DNA of 64,000 nucleotides from an uncultured Actinomycetes bacterium. Its GTDB lineage: Bacteria > Actinomycetota > Aquicultoria > Subteraquimicrobiales > CAMTWV01. Below are positions 47,204 to 53,786 of this stretch, one piece after another. The stretch covers positions 989 through 64,988 of the forward strand of contig CAMTWV010000002.1 in the NCBI GenBank assembly GCA_947085535.1, in the 5' to 3' direction. A model generated the notes under the pieces. It saw only the letters and a list, made by a program, of their open reading frames with translations, had not been told where the DNA came from and searched no databases. How positions within the stretch are numbered: position 1 is the first letter of the stretch; the number at the start of each line of letters is the position of its first letter. The translations under genes and the position numbers were made by a program.

Positions 47204-48337
47204 ATGAGGCATAAATTTAGTCTTGTCATAACCACTTGTTTCTTAATCCTTCTTTTTCCTCTTCAGGTTTTTGCGGTACCTCCATCTCTTAGTGCTACTT
47301 CGGCTATTCTTGTTGAAAAAGAGACAGGATTTGTTTTATATGAGTTAAATGCAGAAAGAAAGCTGTCAGTTGCGAGTACAACTAAGATGATAACCGGGAT
47401 TCTTGTTTTAGAATACGGCAATCTAAAAGATAAAGTTGTGACAAGCCAAGAAGCAGCAGACGCTGGTGGTTCGGAACTTTATCTTTCACCAGGAGAAGAA
47501 AGAACCGTTGAAGAACTTGTTTACGGTTTACTTTTACGGTCTGCCAATGACGCAGCAGTAGTTTTAGCTGAGTATATAGCTGGAAGTGTTGAGGAGTTTG
47601 CCAATCTTATGAACAGGAAAGCTAATTTAATTGGAGCCAATTCAACAGAATTTGTTAACCCCCACGGACTTCACGATGAAAATTTTTCTACCGCTTATGA
47701 TTTATCTTTAATTGCCCGGTATTGCTTGGGTAATGAAGATTTTACGAAGATTGTGGCAACACAAAAAAGAACTATACCTTGGCCAGACAATCCCTATCCG
47801 CGTGAACTCGAGAATCATAACAAACTTTTGCTGAAGTATCCCAGGGCGACTGGAATAAAAACAGGTTACACCAAAAAAGCAGGTTACTGTTTAGTTTCTT
47901 CGGCCAAAGAAGGTGAACTTACTCTTATTGCTGTTGTTTTAAATTGTCCTTCAAGTGACGCTTGTTATAACGATTCAATTAATTTGCTTGAATATGGCTT
48001 TAAGAATTTTAAGAATAAAAAGATTGTTTATAAAGGTAGGACATATAAAGAGGTTAAAGTTCCTTTCTGGGAGGAGAAATTAGAGCTAATTGCTAAAAAA
48101 GACTGCGTTATTTCGTATAATGGGGATAAAGGCGAACCAAAATTAGTGATAAAAACGATTTCCTCAAAAGAACTACCCATCGAAAAAGGGGAAAAATTGG
48201 GTGAGATTATTGTGGCACAAGGGGATTTAAGGTTAGGTCAAGTTGAGCTTATTGCCAAAAAAGGAGTTCCTAAACCAACACTCTGGCAGCGCTTTATTTA
48301 TTTTTTAAGTAGAATTTTTAAATCAGGAGAAAATTGA
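47204..48337 (+). CDS. D-alanyl-D-alanine carboxypeptidase (PBP5/DacB-type, peptidase S11)
   Basis: Signal peptide. ASTTKM (SxxK), SAND (SxN) and KTGYT (KTG) motifs. Confidence 0.85.
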   Translation: MRHKFSLVITTCFLILLFPLQVFAVPPSLSATSAILVEKETGFVLYELNAERKLSVASTTKMITGILVLEYGNLKDKVVTSQEAADAGGSELYLSPGEERTVEELVYGLLLRSANDAAVVLAEYIAGSVEEFANLMNRKANLIGANSTEFVNPHGLHDENFSTAYDLSLIARYCLGNEDFTKIVATQKRTIPWPDNPYPRELENHNKLLLKYPRATGIKTGYTKKAGYCLVSSAKEGELTLIAVVLNCPSSDACYNDSINLLEYGFKNFKNKKIVYKGRTYKEVKVPFWEEKLELIAKKDCVISYNGDKGEPKLVIKTISSKELPIEKGEKLGEIIVAQGDLRLGQVELIAKKGVPKPTLWQRFIYFLSRIFKSGEN

Positions 48338-48720
48338 AGTTTCCTTTGGGGCTAAAATACACAAAATATCATCAATGGGTACGGGTTGAGAATAATCGAG
48401 CGGTTATTGGATTAACTAATTATGCTCAGGACGCGTTGGGGAACATAGTTTATATTTTTATTTCTAAGGCGGCGGGCTTACCTGTGAAACAGGGAGAGGT
48501 AATTGGAGAAATTGAGTCCATGAAAGCGGTTTCTTTAATAAATAGTCCTTTGACAGGAAAGATACTTGAAGTTAATGAAGTAGTAGTCTTGTCTCCTTCA
48601 TTGATTAACGAAGACCCTTATGAAAAAGGATGGTTATTTTCAATCGAGGTGAGTGAGTCAGATGAGGTTTTGTCTTTAATGGATGCTGAGAAATATCGGT
48701 GTTTTTTAAACGAAGAGTAA
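48334..48720 (+). CDS. gcvH: Glycine cleavage system H-like lipoyl carrier protein
   Basis: HQWVRVE..., GEIESMKAVSLINSPLTG with the lipoyl-lysine. No gcvT or gcvP in the window. Confidence 0.85.
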   Translation: MKFPLGLKYTKYHQWVRVENNRAVIGLTNYAQDALGNIVYIFISKAAGLPVKQGEVIGEIESMKAVSLINSPLTGKILEVNEVVVLSPSLINEDPYEKGWLFSIEVSESDEVLSLMDAEKYRCFLNEE

Positions 48721-48732
48721 GGTGAGAAGAAT

Positions 48733-49548
48733 TTGAGATGGAGATTCATCGATTCGGGGGCTTTAATTAGCTCGGAGAACATGAGCATCGATGAAGCAAT
48801 CTTTGAAGCTCATCGTTTAGGTTATACTTTGCCTACCTTAAGAATATACTCATGGAAGAAACCAGCAATTTCTTTCGGTCGCCTGCAAGATGTTAGAAAA
48901 ATCCTTAACTTTGATTATTGCGAGTCTCAAGGAATCGAGGTAGTGCGGCGGCCTACTGGCGGCAGAATTATTCTTCACGAGAATGATTTTTCCTACAGCT
49001 TTATAATCTCGCGAAAGTTTGGAATGCCTTCTTCAATTTTGAAATCGTATCGATTAGTCTGTTCTGCCTTGATCGATGCCCTAAAGTCTTTTGGGATAAA
49101 GACTGAGTTTGCTTCTGGTGGCCATTTTAAGCATGAGATTTGTCTGGGCAGTTTAAATGATGCAGATATAGTTTATAAAGGTCGAAAATTTGCAGGAAAC
49201 GCCCAATTCTGGAAAGAGGGAACACTGCTTCATCAAGGAACAATAACCTTAGATTTAAATCTTAACTTATTTAAATCACTTCTCAATCTCAACTCACTTG
49301 AAAGCAAGGATATTGACGAGAGAATTGTTTCTTTAAGCCAGGAGATTATAAGTTTAACGCGCGATTCTTTAAAAGAGGCGTTAATTAAATCCTTTGCTCA
49401 AACTTTTAAGGTGGAATTTAGCAAAGAAGAACTTTCTGACTGGGAAGTTAATCGGTCTTTTGTCCTTAATAATTTCAAATACAGGTCTTCCGAATGGACT
49501 TTATTTAGACATTTTAAACCTCTGGAGTATGTTTCGAATGTGTGCTAA
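48733..49548 (+). CDS. Lipoate-protein ligase / octanoyltransferase family (LplA/LipM-like catalytic domain only)
   Basis: RRPTGGRIILHE and GRKFAGNAQF...HQGT motifs. 271 aa. Confidence 0.75.
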   Translation: MRWRFIDSGALISSENMSIDEAIFEAHRLGYTLPTLRIYSWKKPAISFGRLQDVRKILNFDYCESQGIEVVRRPTGGRIILHENDFSYSFIISRKFGMPSSILKSYRLVCSALIDALKSFGIKTEFASGGHFKHEICLGSLNDADIVYKGRKFAGNAQFWKEGTLLHQGTITLDLNLNLFKSLLNLNSLESKDIDERIVSLSQEIISLTRDSLKEALIKSFAQTFKVEFSKEELSDWEVNRSFVLNNFKYRSSEWTLFRHFKPLEYVSNVC

Positions 49549-49683
49549 GTTATAGGTGAAAAGTAGTTTACAGCAATGTAGTAAATGTAGCAATGTAGGT
49601 ATAAGTCAATAGTTAAGAGTTGAAGCAATTAACTATTTAAAGTTTATAATTTGCAATTTTTTAGGATGATAGGGGGAAGAGAA

Positions 49684-49950
49684 ATGACTGACCACGAAGA
49701 TATTCTGATTGATTTAGGAAATAAAACGGATGAAGAACTACGCAAAATTTTAGATGAGCTATACACGGAAGAAGAAAGACTTTCGTACGAAAGGAGAGTT
49801 CTTCATGGAAGAATAGACATCTTGAAGGCGGAACTGACGGAACGGTTAAAAAAGAAAAGAGAAAAAGGTGTGAGTGTAATTTCAGGCGAAGACATAGAAC
49901 GCCTAACTCAAATTTTAGCAGGGGGGATGAGTCGAAAGAAGACTAAATAA
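49684..49950 (+). CDS. Small coiled-coil protein with an RsiG-type c-di-GMP-binding motif
   Basis: RBS ggggga precedes the ATG at 49684. 88 aa, with E30-x3-S34-x2-R37-x3-H41-x3-D45 (EERLSYERRVLHGRID), compared with the published RsiG motif E-x3-S-x2-R-x3-Q-x3-D. Confidence 0.45.
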   Translation: MTDHEDILIDLGNKTDEELRKILDELYTEEERLSYERRVLHGRIDILKAELTERLKKKREKGVSVISGEDIERLTQILAGGMSRKKTK

Positions 49951-49957
49951 ATTTGAG

Positions 49958-50167
49958 GTGGTGGAAAGAATGAGCGACAAAGATGTTGAGCGTAATGTCA
50001 GATCTGTAGTTAAAGAAGGAATACAAACACCAGCTCAAAAGCATTTCCATGCCTTAGCAGAACAAGATACTTTTCTTATCGGTAAAGGGCAGAATGTTGA
50101 CAGGGAGAAGAAAGAGTTATTGAAGAAGTTTAAAGAAAGAGAGCGTCGTCTTAAAGACAAACGTTAA
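49958..50167 (+). CDS. Hypothetical small basic protein
   Basis: 69-aa ORF in the operon frame with a strongly basic tail (KKELLKKFKERERRLKDKR). No family recognised. An ATG at 49970 is an alternative start. Confidence 0.4.
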   Translation: MVERMSDKDVERNVRSVVKEGIQTPAQKHFHALAEQDTFLIGKGQNVDREKKELLKKFKERERRLKDKR

Positions 50168-50246
50168 GCTTTACTTAAGATTTATAGCTTGCAAGTTAAA
50201 TTTTTAGTCGTTAAACTTAAAATAGCTTATTTAGGGAGGTTGATAA

Positions 50247-50513
50247 ATGCCTGAGTCTAAAATTCGACAGCTTGTTCAGAAGTTTTTAGAGGAACTCAGT
50301 GAAGATGTAGTTGAGGAAAGAGTAGTTAATTACGTGATAAAGGAGTTACACTTAAGCAGAAGTTTACCTAAAATTCTTGAAGATCCGTATGTTCGCAATC
50401 GAATGGACGAAGAAAGAGTCAAGCGAGTTCTTGAAAATCCTGAAGTCATAAGCGCTGTTGAGGAAGAACTTGACAGAGCTTTTAAGACACACGATTTTAA
50501 ATTTAAGGAGTAA
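50247..50513 (+). CDS. Hypothetical small acidic helical protein
   Basis: 88-aa ORF behind the RBS gggagg. No family recognised. Confidence 0.45.
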   Translation: MPESKIRQLVQKFLEELSEDVVEERVVNYVIKELHLSRSLPKILEDPYVRNRMDEERVKRVLENPEVISAVEEELDRAFKTHDFKFKE

Positions 50514-50526
50514 AAAGGAAAGTAAA

Positions 50527-50991
50527 GTGCGAATTTGCATTAAGTGTGGCTTTAAAAACGAAGAGTTGGCAAAAGAATGTGCTCAGTGTGGTGAGAAGAT
50601 TGAAATTAAGCATAACCTTGATTTAACAATCAAGCTCCCTGAGTTAATTGAAGAGGAAGAACCTGAAGTTAAAGTTGAGGTTTTACCTGGGGAAGCAGCT
50701 GTTTTGGTAGTTAAGAAAGGACCCGTAATAGGGAAGCGTTTTCCTGTTGGTTCCGAAGAAGTAATCTTGGGAAGAGACCCAGCAAGCAATATCTTTTTAA
50801 ATGATGTAACTGTCTCACGCCGACACGCAAAGATTACTTTTGAGCATCCCAATTATGTTCTTACCGATGTAGGAAGCTTAAATGGTACATATGTAAACAA
50901 AGAACGGATAAATAAGGCAGTCTTAAAACACAGTGACGAAATACAAATTGGCAAATATAAGTTAGTTTTTTTGTTAGGCAGTGTTTCTTAA
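50527..50991 (+). CDS. Zinc-ribbon plus FHA domain protein (GarA/OdhI-like position)
   Basis: GTG at 50527 behind aaggaaag. CIKCG-x10-CAQCG zinc ribbon, acidic linker, then FHA core (ILGRDPASNIFLNDVTVSRRHAKI...DVGSLNGTYVN). Confidence 0.8.
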   Translation: MRICIKCGFKNEELAKECAQCGEKIEIKHNLDLTIKLPELIEEEEPEVKVEVLPGEAAVLVVKKGPVIGKRFPVGSEEVILGRDPASNIFLNDVTVSRRHAKITFEHPNYVLTDVGSLNGTYVNKERINKAVLKHSDEIQIGKYKLVFLLGSVS

Positions 50992-51040
50992 AAAAACCAC
51001 TTAATTATTATTTAAGCTCATTAAGGAAAGGAGATTCCCT

Positions 51041-51754
51041 ATGTCAAATTCATCTCAAAGGGAATATAAAACTATTGGCGAGGTTGTGGATTCACTCAAG
51101 GAAGGATTCCCCGATTTATCAATAAGCAAGGTTCGTTATCTTGAAGATGAAGGGCTAATTAAACCCAGACGAACTAAAGGCGGTTACCGAAAGTTTTTTA
51201 AAGAAGATATTGAGAGATTAGAGTTGGTTTTAAAACTTCAAAGAGATAAATACATGCCCCTTGATGTTATCAAAAAAAATATCAGCGATTCCGATAAAGT
51301 TAAAACAATACTTAGCAAAGCACCTGCCGATGCTTGTGAGCCGGAAGAGATTCCATCAAGTGAACAAAAAGAACCTCTTTTGTTAAACGAAGCAGTAAAA
51401 ACAGTAGACCTTTCAATTAGTGAGTTACAGAATATTGAAACTCTGGGGCTTATTAAGCCTGTTGAAGCACCGGAGGGAAGAATAATCTCCCCTGATGATT
51501 TTGAAATTATGCGGCTTGTAAAGGAATTTTCTAAATTCGGTATTGAGTCACGCCATCTTCGACTTTATGAAACTTTTGCGGAAAGAGAAGTCGCTTTTTT
51601 AAGGCAGATTCTTTTGCCATTAATGAAACAGAGAAGCGCCGAAAACCTTAAACGACGAGAAACGACTTTAAACGCCCTTTTAAAGCATGGAGATAGTTTA
51701 AAACGAGTTTTGTTAAAAAAAGCTTTACGTGAGTATTTTGGAAACCTTTCCTAA
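51041..51754 (+). CDS. MerR family transcriptional regulator (FtsR-like position)
   Basis: YKTIGEVVDSL...ISKVRYLEDEGLIKPRRTKGGYRKFFKEDIERLELVLKLQ, followed by a second MerR-like repeat. Confidence 0.8.
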   Translation: MSNSSQREYKTIGEVVDSLKEGFPDLSISKVRYLEDEGLIKPRRTKGGYRKFFKEDIERLELVLKLQRDKYMPLDVIKKNISDSDKVKTILSKAPADACEPEEIPSSEQKEPLLLNEAVKTVDLSISELQNIETLGLIKPVEAPEGRIISPDDFEIMRLVKEFSKFGIESRHLRLYETFAEREVAFLRQILLPLMKQRSAENLKRRETTLNALLKHGDSLKRVLLKKALREYFGNLS

Positions 51755-52236
51755 TGGTGTCCTCTTTGAAACCAAAATTTGTCTGCGACCAAATGTTAGG
51801 TAAACTCTCCAAATGGCTGCGCTTAATGGGATACGACACTTTATATTTTAATTCCATTGATGACTCAAACTTAATTAGAATTGCCTGCGAAGAAGGAAGA
51901 GTTCTGTTTACAAGAGATAGCGCTTTAATGAGAAGGAGAAAAATTAAATCAGGCGAAGTTCAAGCAGTCTTTATTGAAAGCGATATTTTAGATGAACAAT
52001 TAAAGGAAGTTATTGAAAAATTTGGCTTAAAAAAGAAAACCCCCTCAGCTCTTTGTTCTCTTTGCAGTGTGTCTTTGGTTGAAATTCCGAAAAATATAGC
52101 TAAAGGAAAGGTGCCTTTGTATGTTTTTGAAACGCAAGAGAAATTTTCCCGATGTCCTGCTTGCGGGAGATTTTATTGGAGCGGCACTCATTGGGAAAAA
52201 ATAAATTTAAAGCTAAATAAAATATTTAAGAATTAG
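51754..52236 (+). CDS. Mut7-C RNase domain (DUF82) protein
   Basis: FVCDQMLGKLSKWLRLMGYDT N-terminus (PIN-like) and a C-terminal CxxC...CPACG zinc ribbon ending in YWSGTHW. Confidence 0.75.
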   Translation: MVSSLKPKFVCDQMLGKLSKWLRLMGYDTLYFNSIDDSNLIRIACEEGRVLFTRDSALMRRRKIKSGEVQAVFIESDILDEQLKEVIEKFGLKKKTPSALCSLCSVSLVEIPKNIAKGKVPLYVFETQEKFSRCPACGRFYWSGTHWEKINLKLNKIFKN

Positions 52237-52242
52237 AGCTTT

Positions 52243-52683
52243 TTATTTAAACGGGTGAGCGCTTCCTAAATAATTAGCAAGAATAAGGTTTAAAAATATA
52301 ATAGCTAATCCTACCAAGGAAAGTTTTGAAACAAGCTTCTGTCTATTAATTTTTTGAAACTTTGAAATAATTATGAGGCAAAATAAACTTAGATAAAAAA
52401 ACCAGACAATTAAGACGGTTATAAATTTAATTTCAAAAGAAATTCCTATTTTGATAGCTTGATTAACACCGAGAATTAGCCCTGTTGTGAGAAGAGCTAA
52501 ACCGACGAAGTTGTAACCGCAGATGATTTTGTAACGGATTCTTAAATAAGCTTGTTGAAATCCTGTCAGGTTAGGAGAAAATTTATTTTCGAAGTACAAG
52601 TAAATCAGGGCACTTAGAACAGCTAAACCAAAGCAAAGATATGCGGCAATGACTATGAACGAGTGGACTAAACAATTTGACAA
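52243..52683 (-). CDS. Hypothetical integral membrane protein
   Basis: 146 aa with about 4 predicted transmembrane segments. There is a weak resemblance to the CcsA/YpjD-type C-terminal half, not enough to assign it. Confidence 0.45.
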   Translation of the reverse strand: MSNCLVHSFIVIAAYLCFGLAVLSALIYLYFENKFSPNLTGFQQAYLRIRYKIICGYNFVGLALLTTGLILGVNQAIKIGISFEIKFITVLIVWFFYLSLFCLIIISKFQKINRQKLVSKLSLVGLAIIFLNLILANYLGSAHPFK

Positions 52684-52823
52684 AAATTAATTCCTCCTTA
52701 TTTTAAAGTTATTTTGTTAATTTTGACAATTAGACTTTTTTTACCTGCTTATATGTTGCTATAATTTTAACAAAGCTTTTTGTTTTTGAAAATCTATATC
52801 GCGGGTGGAGTTACAAGAGGATA

Positions 52824-53213
52824 ATGATTGACGATTTAAGCGAAAAAAGGGATAAAGAGCAGGTCTCAACAGAAGAGACAAAGTTTGCTCATCCAAGCGA
52901 GCACCAGTGCGCAAAAATTTTAGATTTTTACAACATTAAATGGCTTTATGAACCCAAGACTTTTCCTGTCGAGTGGAACAAAAAAGGAGAGGTAGTTCAA
53001 AGTTTCACCCCCGATTTCTATCTTCCTGAGTTTGATCTTTATATAGAGCTGACAACCATGAACCAGAAGCTGGTGACCAAGAAAAATAGAAAAGTGAGAA
53101 GACTAAAAGAGCTTTATCCTGACATAAACATAAAGGTCTTTTATCAAAAGGATTTTCGAAACCTTCTTATCAAATACGGGCTCTTTAGAAAGAGCGAGCA
53201 AGAAAAGTCTTAA
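52824..53213 (+). CDS. Hypothetical protein, possibly restriction-endonuclease-like fold
   Basis: 129 aa. FTPDFYLPEFDLYIELT resembles a PD-(D/E)xK-type core strand pair but lacks the Lys. Upstream of hpt. Confidence 0.45.
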   Translation: MIDDLSEKRDKEQVSTEETKFAHPSEHQCAKILDFYNIKWLYEPKTFPVEWNKKGEVVQSFTPDFYLPEFDLYIELTTMNQKLVTKKNRKVRRLKELYPDINIKVFYQKDFRNLLIKYGLFRKSEQEKS

Positions 53214-53243
53214 GCACAGTAAGCAAGTTAGGAGTAATTAGTT

Positions 53244-53783
53244 GTGACTAAAGATATAGAAAATGTAATAATTTCTGAGAAAGAAATTAAAAAACGGGTA
53301 AAAGAATTAGGAAAACAAATATCCTCGGATTATGCCGGTAAAGATGTTGTGCTGGTGAGTGTCCTTAAGGGTGGAGCCGTTTTTTTAGCTGACTTAATAA
53401 GAAAGATAACAATTCCTGTGTCTATTGATTTTATGGCCATTTTAAGCTACGGACCTTCCACGGAATCCCTCGGGGTGGTTAAACTCATTAAAGACCTTGA
53501 AGAAAGTATTAGTGGAAAGCATGTAATTGTGGTGGAAGATATCGTGGATACTGGTTTGACTCTAAACTACCTTCTTAGTAATTTAAGGTCGCGCGAACCC
53601 ACAAGTTTAGAGGTATGTTCGCTTCTGGATAAGTCTCACCGAAGAATTGCCAATGTTTCTATAAAATATAAGGGCTTTGAGGTTCCTGATGTTTTTGTGG
53701 TTGGTTATGGATTAGATTATGGGCAAAAGTATAGAAATTTGCCTTTCATAGGCGAGTTGAAGTCAAGTATTTATTCGGGTTAA
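53244..53783 (+). CDS. hpt: Hypoxanthine phosphoribosyltransferase
   Basis: PRPP-binding motif VIVVEDIVDTGLTL and the GYGLDY tail. Confidence 0.9.
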   Translation: MTKDIENVIISEKEIKKRVKELGKQISSDYAGKDVVLVSVLKGGAVFLADLIRKITIPVSIDFMAILSYGPSTESLGVVKLIKDLEESISGKHVIVVEDIVDTGLTLNYLLSNLRSREPTSLEVCSLLDKSHRRIANVSIKYKGFEVPDVFVVGYGLDYGQKYRNLPFIGELKSSIYSG

Positions 53784-53786
53784 TCT

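Noticed and set aside
50458-50526. N-terminal extension of the FHA gene in the ORF track (MRKNLTELLRHTILNLRSKKESK)
   Set aside because: It overlaps the 3' end of the preceding 88-aa gene and has no RBS. The GTG at 50527 follows aaggaaag and begins exactly at the zinc ribbon, so the shorter model is preferred.
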